Shown one piece after another: positions 56,356-64,000 of a stretch of DNA of 64,000 nt (positions are counted from its first letter, which is position 1; each line of letters starts with the position of its first letter). The notes below the pieces were generated by a model. It saw nothing but the letters and a program-made list of their open reading frames with translations, was not told where the DNA came from and searched no databases. This stretch comes from an uncultured virus (IMG/VR IMGVR_UViG_3300035501_000482) (taxonomy: Duplodnaviria; Heunggongvirae; Uroviricota; Caudoviricetes), in IMG/VR virus record IMGVR_UViG_3300035501_000482; one strand, 5' to 3'. Both the position numbers and the translations under genes were made by a program.

Positions 56356-57141
56356 ATGGACAAGAAAAAGAAAATATCTTCAGAAGGTATGAGTACCAAA
56401 GAGAAGATGCTAGCAAGAAAAAAAGCTTTAGAAAGTAAAGGTAATGGATCCGGTTTTGTATATCCAAAAGAAGGTACATTACGTATGCGTATTAAATCTC
56501 CTGGTGATGACCAGGAATTGGGTATGGAATTAATAACTTTTTACTTGGGTCAGGAAGTTGGATCAATCGTATCTCCGGCAACATTTGATGAACCATGCCC
56601 TTTTATGGAGATGTATCACAAACTGAAAGATTCATCAGATCCAGCTGATAAGGAGCTTGCAAAGGAAAGTTTTATACCAAGAAGAAAATATGTAGTTGGT
56701 GGTATTATATTCTCAGATGATAAAGGTAAAACTCCAGACTATAATGGAGAAAATAAGGTAGTTCAAATTCCAAGATCTGTATACCAGGATATTATAGATC
56801 TATACCTTGATGAGGATGAAGCAGGAGATATGACTGATCCAGAAGAAGGATATGATATTAAGATCATTCGTACAGGATCAGGTAAGATGGACACAACCTA
56901 TTCTGCAAGAGCTTGTAAACCAACTGTTCTAGATAAGAAGTTAAGAGGTAATATCGACTTGGAAGGAGCAGTAAGAGCACAGATAAAATCCTATGATGAG
57001 CTGGAGGAGATCCTTAATAAGTATTTGAATAATACAGAATCAGAAGCTGACTCAGATGAAGATGAGGAGGATGAAGCTCCAAAGAAAAAGAAATCAAAGG
57101 ATAAAGATAAGAAGAAGAAAAAGTACAAATCCGATATTTGA
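56356..57141 (+). CDS. single-stranded DNA-binding protein (gp32-like)
   Basis: D.TDP..GYDIKI.R.G.G..T.Y motif; acidic tract near the C-terminus. Confidence 0.75.
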   Translation: MDKKKKISSEGMSTKEKMLARKKALESKGNGSGFVYPKEGTLRMRIKSPGDDQELGMELITFYLGQEVGSIVSPATFDEPCPFMEMYHKLKDSSDPADKELAKESFIPRRKYVVGGIIFSDDKGKTPDYNGENKVVQIPRSVYQDIIDLYLDEDEAGDMTDPEEGYDIKIIRTGSGKMDTTYSARACKPTVLDKKLRGNIDLEGAVRAQIKSYDELEEILNKYLNNTESEADSDEDEEDEAPKKKKSKDKDKKKKKYKSDI

Positions 57142-57179
57142 GGTTAAGTAGTTTTATTTGTTGTTTTTCATTTTGTACG

Positions 57180-57214
57180 GTAGGTGGGTTCAAGTACTCA
57201 CCTACTTTCATTTT
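57180..57214 (+). terminator. intrinsic terminator upstream of recA
   Basis: GTAGGTGGGT / ACTCACCTAC stem plus T-rich tail. Confidence 0.65.
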
Positions 57215-57230
57215 AAAAGTAATATAGGTA

Positions 57231-58373
57231 ATGGCATCAAAACAGAAGATAGGTATAAAAGTACCATCAAAAAATGAACTAATGAAAAGATATGGTAACA
57301 TGGTAACAATAGCTTCAGAAACAAAAGAATCTGGATTATGGTTACCCTCAACTTTCTTTGCATTAAATTACACCTTCGGAGGAGGAATACCCTATGGGAA
57401 AATATTAGAGATAGCTGGAGAAGAAAGCTCTGGTAAAAGTTTAATGGCTTATAATTTTGCCTATACTACTCAACAACTCGGTGGTCAAGTAATATGGGTA
57501 GATGCCGAACAATCCTGGATGAACTCCTGGGCTGAAGCTAACGGAGTAGATACATCTAAGGTAACAGTAGTAAATGATACAAGAATTGAGGTAATTGCTG
57601 ATATAGTGGCTGATTTGGCAATATTCTTAAGATCTCAGCTAACTCATAATGAACCAATATTATTGGTAATAGATTCAATTGCTGCTATGGATTGTTCAGA
57701 CAACATAGATTCGAAAATGAGTGAAGCAAAAAGCGAAATGGGCGGGAGAGCAAAAGCATTATATAAATATTTTAGAATACGTAATGAATTGTTCTATAGA
57801 TTAGGTATAACTCAGATATATATAAACCAGCTAAGAACATCACTTAATGTAGGGTTTGGTAAAGATAATACAACAACAACAGGAGGAGCTGCATTAAAAT
57901 TCTATGCTTCAATTAGAGCAGCTTTCTATGCTGGTAAATCTATTACAGTAAAACAAAAGGGTAAAGATAGAAAAGCCGGTAAACTAGTAACCATAAGATT
58001 AATTAAGAATAAGGTAGCACCACCAAGACCAACCATTTCTAAATGCCCTGTATATTTTAATCCTAAGTTTCATGATGTAGGATTTGATAGATGCTTTGGT
58101 TTAGAGGATGTACTGGTAGAAAATGACATCATAGAAAATAACCGAGGTATATACAAAATGGGTGATAAGGTACTAGCTAGAGGAGAAGAGAAATTTCAAA
58201 AGCTATTAGAGGAGGACGATGAACTAAGACGTAAGCTTCTAAAGAAAGCTGGTATTAATACTATAGGTACAGTAAAAAAGAAGCTTGCAAATCTGACCAC
58301 TAATTATTTCCCAGTAGAAGGTGTAGAGTATGAAAACTATTCTGAATCAGAGGAGGACAATGAAGATGAGTAA
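57231..58373 (+). CDS. recA: RecA/UvsX recombinase
   Basis: GEESSGKS, VIDSIAA, INQLR, GG.ALKFYAS.R, KNKVAPP. Confidence 0.95.
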   Translation: MASKQKIGIKVPSKNELMKRYGNMVTIASETKESGLWLPSTFFALNYTFGGGIPYGKILEIAGEESSGKSLMAYNFAYTTQQLGGQVIWVDAEQSWMNSWAEANGVDTSKVTVVNDTRIEVIADIVADLAIFLRSQLTHNEPILLVIDSIAAMDCSDNIDSKMSEAKSEMGGRAKALYKYFRIRNELFYRLGITQIYINQLRTSLNVGFGKDNTTTTGGAALKFYASIRAAFYAGKSITVKQKGKDRKAGKLVTIRLIKNKVAPPRPTISKCPVYFNPKFHDVGFDRCFGLEDVLVENDIIENNRGIYKMGDKVLARGEEKFQKLLEEDDELRRKLLKKAGINTIGTVKKKLANLTTNYFPVEGVEYENYSESEEDNEDE

Positions 58374-59238
58374 AACAATTCTGATAATAGATGGTGAAAA
58401 TATTGCTCACCAAAGTTTCCATAAGTTTGAGAAGCTTAAGTCAACTGATGGTAAACCATCCGGAGAAATTTTTGGTTTCTTCAAATCACTTCATATGTAC
58501 CTAACTAGGTTTGGTCCTGATGAGGTATATATAACATTTGATAATGGCCATTCCTCTTTCAGGGATGGCCTAAACCAAAACTATAAAGGCCATAGAAAGG
58601 ATTTATCCTATGATAGAGAATCCTATTCAATGCAAAAACTAATCATATTAAAGATTTTAGGTATGCTAAGAATTAACTTTATATATGATAAAAGAAAATC
58701 TACTGATTATGAAGGAGACGACTTCTTAGCAAAAATTACCCTGGATAAAGCAAACAATAAAAACAAGGTAATAATCATATCTTCGGATAAGGATTTTAAC
58801 CAGTTATTGGATAATCCAAGAGTAAAAATATATAACCCAAGAAAGGAGTCCTATGTAACTAATCAGAACTGTAAAGAGTTATTTGGATATACTCCAGAAG
58901 AGACGGTTAATTACCTATCTTTGGTTGGTGATACCTCTGATGATATACCAGGTATAAAAGGGGTTGGTCCAGTAAAAGCCAGGAAGATCCTAGATGAGGG
59001 GTTTGAAGAATATGTTAATAGCTTAAGTGATGAAAATAAGGCAATTATAGATAGGAATAGACAACTTATAGATCTGAGATTTTTCATTAATAAGTTCCCA
59101 TTAAAGGAGGTACCCATTAAATTATACAAGTCAAAGGAGCTAAAGCTAAAGAAATTCAAAGAAATATGTATAGAATACAGTTTCAACTCGTTTATGACTA
59201 ATGAATTTATGAAACCATTTAATGAATTGATAAAATGA
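58330..59238 (+). CDS. 5'-3' exonuclease / flap endonuclease (start probably MSKTIL)
   Basis: IIDG, YKGHR, EGDD, SSDKD, GD.SD.IPG.KGVG. Confidence 0.92.
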   Translation: MKTILNQRRTMKMSKTILIIDGENIAHQSFHKFEKLKSTDGKPSGEIFGFFKSLHMYLTRFGPDEVYITFDNGHSSFRDGLNQNYKGHRKDLSYDRESYSMQKLIILKILGMLRINFIYDKRKSTDYEGDDFLAKITLDKANNKNKVIIISSDKDFNQLLDNPRVKIYNPRKESYVTNQNCKELFGYTPEETVNYLSLVGDTSDDIPGIKGVGPVKARKILDEGFEEYVNSLSDENKAIIDRNRQLIDLRFFINKFPLKEVPIKLYKSKELKLKKFKEICIEYSFNSFMTNEFMKPFNELIK

Positions 59239-59939
59239 AGTATAACAGAATCATGTTTGCTGGATGTAGTGGATGTGGAAAAACTACACTAGCTAAATGG
59301 ATAGGAGATGAATACGAAATGGGCTTCTATTCAGGGTCTATGTCAGACTTAATTGAAAGTACAAAAGAAATACCCCATTCAGATATGCTTGGTAGAGACA
59401 AGGATATTCTATACAAGGAGGATTATCAACTATTAAACCTACGTAATAAGCTATTCAAGAATAGGTATTGCTTTGTAACTGATAGGAGTTATCTAGACTC
59501 AGCTGCATATTTTATATATAAACAATCAAAGTCAATCCCCAGCTGTGAAATAGAACAATTCCTTGGTAACTGCTCGGCTTTAATAGCTAACCAATGCGAT
59601 CTGTTAGTATTCATAGATTTTGTACCAGACTTAGTAAACAAATGGGTAACTGAGGATAATAATAAACGTATAACAAATAACTATTTCCAGATTCAGATCT
59701 CATCATTAATGAATGCTACACTTAGATTAATGGGTTATGAAACTTTATATCAAATGGATCATGTAAAGAAAAAGGTAACAGGTAATATACTAAAAAGATT
59801 ACTAGGTAATCATATAGAGTATCTTAGATATGGTGATGAATTTGGTAGAATAAGGAGTATATATGGTAATACTGATGTATTAATCATAAGAGAACCTAAT
59901 CTGGAGTTAAGAAAGCATCTTTTAAGAAGTATATTATGA
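59235..59939 (+). CDS. P-loop nucleotide (dNMP-type) kinase
   Basis: GCSGCGKTT and TDRSYLD. Confidence 0.75.
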   Translation: MKYNRIMFAGCSGCGKTTLAKWIGDEYEMGFYSGSMSDLIESTKEIPHSDMLGRDKDILYKEDYQLLNLRNKLFKNRYCFVTDRSYLDSAAYFIYKQSKSIPSCEIEQFLGNCSALIANQCDLLVFIDFVPDLVNKWVTEDNNKRITNNYFQIQISSLMNATLRLMGYETLYQMDHVKKKVTGNILKRLLGNHIEYLRYGDEFGRIRSIYGNTDVLIIREPNLELRKHLLRSIL

Positions 59940-60904
59940 AAACTATAGCTATAGTATTTTCTGATCTACATATCAATAACTGGGCAAAGTTTAATGATAA
60001 TAACCAAAGGACCTTGAATCACTTCAAGGTCCTTGATCGTATTGCTAAAGTATGCGAAAAGAATAATTGCCCAGCTTTATTTTGTGGTGATATGTTTAAT
60101 AAGCCCGAGAATATGGATCAAAGCTTACACCATTTAATAGAGTCAGAGTTTAAACGTATTGGTAAAGAACACCCAACATTTAAGTGTTATGCAATATCTG
60201 GAAATCATGAACTACAAAAAGTAAATAAAGTTGGAGTAGTACAGGAATCATGGATACATTCATTTAAGGTATACGGTAATTGGTTAGAAGTACTAGACTT
60301 TGATACTAAGCTAATAGCGGGTAAATATAAAATATATGGTATTCCATATATAGATCACAATATAGGATTATGTGAATACCTAAATAAGCTTGAGTTAAGT
60401 GATAAGAAAAATATACTTTTACTACATACGGATTACCCAGGAGCAAAAGACACTGATGGTAGAGAAGTTGGGTCAGTAGAAAATTTAAATCTAAACACTT
60501 TAAACAAGTTCGATTTAGTATTATGTGGTCATATCCATAAGCCTCAGAAATTATCAAAGAAGGTTTATATGATAGGGTCACCATTACAACAAAGAAGAAC
60601 AGACTCAGATTGTAAACTTGGGTATTGGGTATTATATGAAGACCTTTCTATGGAGTTTAAAGAGCTTACTAATTTCCCAAAATTTATAGATGTAGAATCC
60701 GAGGATGATATTAAGGCGGATGGAAATTATTATACCGTGTTACCCAAGAAAATTACTAGAGAATCAAGCAGTTTCGATCATAAGATTACTAAGCAATTAA
60801 GTAAAAGATCTCTAGCAAAGCAATATATGAAGGAGAAAGGTATAAAGGATTCTAATAAAAAGAAGCTATTGATTGATATACTTAAAAAAGCAGAGCTATG
60901 TTAA
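59936..60904 (+). CDS. Mre11/SbcD-like nuclease
   Basis: SDLH, GD.F, GNHE, GHIH; adjacent to the SbcC-like ATPase. Confidence 0.88.
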   Translation: MKTIAIVFSDLHINNWAKFNDNNQRTLNHFKVLDRIAKVCEKNNCPALFCGDMFNKPENMDQSLHHLIESEFKRIGKEHPTFKCYAISGNHELQKVNKVGVVQESWIHSFKVYGNWLEVLDFDTKLIAGKYKIYGIPYIDHNIGLCEYLNKLELSDKKNILLLHTDYPGAKDTDGREVGSVENLNLNTLNKFDLVLCGHIHKPQKLSKKVYMIGSPLQQRRTDSDCKLGYWVLYEDLSMEFKELTNFPKFIDVESEDDIKADGNYYTVLPKKITRESSSFDHKITKQLSKRSLAKQYMKEKGIKDSNKKKLLIDILKKAELC

Positions 60905-62598
60905 AATTATTAAGCATGAAGGTTGAGGGCTTTTGCTCTATACAATCCTTGGATATACAATTGGATCAGAACAAGATAATACTTATCAAGGCAGCTAATG
61001 GTTTTGGTAAGAGTTCCATATTTTCAGCTTTAATCTGGGGTTTATATGGTAAAACCATAAAAGGTGTATCAGATGTACAAACTTGGAAGGAATACCAACC
61101 AAAAGATTATAAAGGTGTAATGGTAACTGTTAATTTTCAGAAGGATGACCATATTTATAAATTAACTAGGTGCCAGAAATATGATGGTTTACTTGATGAT
61201 GGTTATAAAGGTAAGGATAGACTAGTACTAATTAAGGATGCAGAGATGGTTGATACTAGAATAAAATCCCATCTACAACAGGAAATAGTGGATATACTTG
61301 GGCTTTCTCAGAGATTGTTTACAAATTCAATAATGTTTGGTCAGGGTATAAATAACTTAATCCAGGAATCTAATGCTGATAAGAAAAAGCTATTCGAAGA
61401 GATATTCGACCTAGATTATATAAATACGGCTAGAAATTTAGCAATAGAAGCCAGATCTAAAGTAAATGAGGAAGTTACTAAGCTAAAGAACAAAGCCTAT
61501 TCAATTAGTAAGACCATAGAAGCCGATAAAGAAACCTACAATGATTTAGCTAAGAGGGAGAAGAATCATAACGACCGTATCAAAGCCGAGATTAAGGAAT
61601 GTAGGGAGGATAAAAAGAAGATGCTGGCAACGAAAGCTGAGTGGGAAGCTCAGATTGGAGAATCAAAGGAAAAGGAAATAGAGTCAACTAAAGAAACCAT
61701 AGCCCATCTTAAAAGTAAATATACTGAAGCAAAAACCATTAGTAATATACCAATAAGGAAGTTTATGGAAAACGTGTATGCGTTGATTCAAAATAAGGAA
61801 TACAAAGAAGCTTCTGGTAAATTACTGAAAATAATAGGTAGTTTCAGGGATATGGACTCCTTACAAGAGAAGATAGATAAATATGAGGGTAAATTATCTA
61901 AGTTTCAAGATGAGGAACATAAATATAGGCAATTTCGTTTAAAATTAGAGGATATAGAGGAAGATCTAGAGTACGTAGATAAGCAAATAAAGAAACTAAA
62001 GGCAAGTAAGTTAGAAATTCTTAGTACTAAATATAAAGCAAAGGTAAAAGAGGAAAAAGCAGCTTTAAGTGAACTTAATGGCCAACTAGAGTTAAAAATT
62101 AAAGAACTAGAGGATTACAACTGGGTAATAGAGGATCCATTAGGTAATAATGGTATAAAAGCTTATTTATTCGATAGTAGTTTAGGGTTCTTAAATGATG
62201 AGCTGGAGAGGTATTCAAATATACTTGGATTTAGAATATCCTTTGAAATAGACCTAAGCACTGCCCGCAAAGACTTTGTAACTCTCATAGAAAAGGATAA
62301 TCATATTATAGAATATGATGAACTTAGTGGAGGAGAGAAGCAATTGGTAAATATATCAATAGCCTTGGCAATGAATAAGGCTTTAACATTATCAAAAGGT
62401 ATTAATATAGCTTTCATGGATGAGGTATTTGAATCCCTAAGTTCTGATAATGTAGAGTTGGTAATACAATTAGTAAAGGAGGTATATAGTGATAGGACTC
62501 TATTTTTAATATCCCACCATGATAACCTACCTTTCTCAAATGCTAAGATCCTAACTGTAACCAAAGAGAAAGGCTTATCACACTACCAAGGACTATAA
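60898..62598 (+). CDS. Rad50/SbcC-like ATPase
   Basis: NGFGKSS, long coiled coil, LSGGE, MDE, ISH. Confidence 0.92.
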   Translation: MLKLLSMKVEGFCSIQSLDIQLDQNKIILIKAANGFGKSSIFSALIWGLYGKTIKGVSDVQTWKEYQPKDYKGVMVTVNFQKDDHIYKLTRCQKYDGLLDDGYKGKDRLVLIKDAEMVDTRIKSHLQQEIVDILGLSQRLFTNSIMFGQGINNLIQESNADKKKLFEEIFDLDYINTARNLAIEARSKVNEEVTKLKNKAYSISKTIEADKETYNDLAKREKNHNDRIKAEIKECREDKKKMLATKAEWEAQIGESKEKEIESTKETIAHLKSKYTEAKTISNIPIRKFMENVYALIQNKEYKEASGKLLKIIGSFRDMDSLQEKIDKYEGKLSKFQDEEHKYRQFRLKLEDIEEDLEYVDKQIKKLKASKLEILSTKYKAKVKEEKAALSELNGQLELKIKELEDYNWVIEDPLGNNGIKAYLFDSSLGFLNDELERYSNILGFRISFEIDLSTARKDFVTLIEKDNHIIEYDELSGGEKQLVNISIALAMNKALTLSKGINIAFMDEVFESLSSDNVELVIQLVKEVYSDRTLFLISHHDNLPFSNAKILTVTKEKGLSHYQGL

Positions 62599-62628
62599 AG
62601 TATTGTAATCATAACAATACAAAAGTCT

Positions 62629-63156
62629 ATGGCAAACAGCAAGAAAAAAGGTAACAGATTTGAATTAAAAGTATCAAAATGGCTTACTGAGTGGACAGGG
62701 TATAAATTCCAACGTACACCATATTCTGGGGCTAACCATATAAATAAAGAGTTAGCCTCAGATATTATGTGTTCAGATCCTAAGCATCAACATAGATGCA
62801 GAATATCAGTAGAGTGTAAATCATATAAGGAAATAAAGTTTGAACATGTCCTATTAGGTAATAAGGGTAGTGATATAAATAGATTTTGGGAACAAGCAAA
62901 AGGAGATGCCCAAAGATCTAATAAAGTACCAATATTATGTATGCGGTATAATTCTATGCCAAGAGATGACTTCTTCTTCGTTGTATCTTCAAAGATGGCA
63001 GATATATTAAAACCAGTATCAAAAAAAGCTCCATATATGGTATTAGGTTTAGGAAATGGTGATAACTTAATAGTATTCATGGCCAGTAAAATAATGAAGG
63101 AAGTATCTTATAAGGAATTTCATAAACTAGCAAAAAAGACATTAAGTAAGCCATGA
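62629..63156 (+). CDS. Holliday junction resolvase (PD-(D/E)xK, Hjc-like)
   Basis: KG.RFE, R.P.SG, SD, VECK, W.QA..DA. Confidence 0.8.
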   Translation: MANSKKKGNRFELKVSKWLTEWTGYKFQRTPYSGANHINKELASDIMCSDPKHQHRCRISVECKSYKEIKFEHVLLGNKGSDINRFWEQAKGDAQRSNKVPILCMRYNSMPRDDFFFVVSSKMADILKPVSKKAPYMVLGLGNGDNLIVFMASKIMKEVSYKEFHKLAKKTLSKP

Positions 63157-63860
63157 AAAAATCTGTATATTGTATATTCTATATTGAGAATGAGTTCTAC
63201 AAGGATATACCTAGAGATCTAAAAAGGTATGGATATACTAATCTAAAACCCATTATACCAACGGTTAAGATCTTAAAGAAAGGTACTCATGGGAAGGAAT
63301 CCTATGAGGAAGTACCAATATTGTTCAACTATGGGTTTATGAGAGTTCCACTAGAGTTAGCTTTTTCCAGGGATTTTATGAATGAGGTAAAGAATAATAT
63401 TCCAGGTATAAGATGCTGGTTAAAGTCAACAGGTTCCTTGCACCCAAAGAAGAAAAAGGCTAGAATAGACAATATGGATATTTTTGATGATTTTTCTATG
63501 GTTGCTATGGCAACTAGAAGTGAGGTTAAGAGGTTTAAAAGGTTAGGAAAAGAGAATAAAAGATTCTCAGTAGAGGATATACTTAGTGTAAAGATAGGAG
63601 ATTATATTATATTAAAGGGTTATCCATACGATGGTCTAGAAGCTACAGTTGTTAATGTAGATAATAACCTAAAAAAGATAAAACTTACAATTGCTATGGC
63701 AAATGGGGAAATGACCGTTAACTTACCATTCGACCAGGTAATAGATACTGTATATTCAAACTATGATCCCGATGTACTAAAATCTCCAGAATTTGAGGTA
63801 GACCTAGCTAAAATAACCTCAGAATCAATAACTAGAGTATTAGACTTAAAAACTTACTAA
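63153..63860 (+). CDS. NusG/UpxY-like transcription antitermination factor
   Basis: NGN-like IP......P.LFNYGF and KOW motif IGD.IIL.G.PY.G..A.V. Confidence 0.8.
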   Translation: MKKSVYCIFYIENEFYKDIPRDLKRYGYTNLKPIIPTVKILKKGTHGKESYEEVPILFNYGFMRVPLELAFSRDFMNEVKNNIPGIRCWLKSTGSLHPKKKKARIDNMDIFDDFSMVAMATRSEVKRFKRLGKENKRFSVEDILSVKIGDYIILKGYPYDGLEATVVNVDNNLKKIKLTIAMANGEMTVNLPFDQVIDTVYSNYDPDVLKSPEFEVDLAKITSESITRVLDLKTY

Positions 63861-63861
63861 T

Positions 63862-64000
63862 ATGATGACAGAAGCTCAACTAAAAGCATGGAATTGTTTA
63901 AGAGAAGACGAAAAACAAAGCCTTTTCTTACAGATGTCTAATGGTAAATCTACTTGGGAAGCCGGTACTATAATGGAAAGATCTCACTATAAGTACATAG
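63862..64000 (+). CDS. partial ORF, sigma-region-4/HTH-like N-terminus
   Basis: MMTEAQLKAWNCLREDEKQSLFLQMSNGKSTWEAGTIM; runs off the end of the window. Confidence 0.5.
   Translation, partial: MMTEAQLKAWNCLREDEKQSLFLQMSNGKSTWEAGTIMERSHYKYI

Noticed and set aside
1..64000. tRNA/rRNA genes, integrase, stop-codon reassignment
   Set aside because: None recognised by eye; genes are full length under the standard code and TAA, TAG and TGA all serve as stops.

Overview
A 64 kb segment of an AT-rich, contractile-tailed (myovirus-like) dsDNA phage. The host is very probably in the Bacteroidota, given TAnnTTTG host-type promoters and A-rich leaders without Shine-Dalgarno sites. Gene order: repeats and small early genes (1-3.1 kb); endolysin, C5 methyltransferase and a putative membrane lysis protein; terminase, portal and capsid; a GC/CpG-richer fibre island with a CotH-like protein and a DGR-type lectin target; holin and a Cys/Gln-rich module; tail and baseplate; a divergent sigma-like gene; then a replication, nucleotide-metabolism and recombination operon ending in a NusG-like gene. 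Main findings: (1) the family A DNA polymerase is fractured by a naturally split intein, and the free-standing endonuclease between the halves begins with a mimic of the C-intein; (2) an ORF-less group I intron (23005-23363) has a fully predictable splice junction in a gene of unknown function; (3) two tandem thymidylate-synthase-fold genes with the cytosine-specifying Asp, plus an all-alpha NTPase and a kinase, suggest cytosine modification; (4) an HNH-carrying intein in TerL; (5) a -1 frameshift in the tail chaperone; (6) a repeated divergent promoter architecture. All calls come from reading motifs by eye; no database searches were run.
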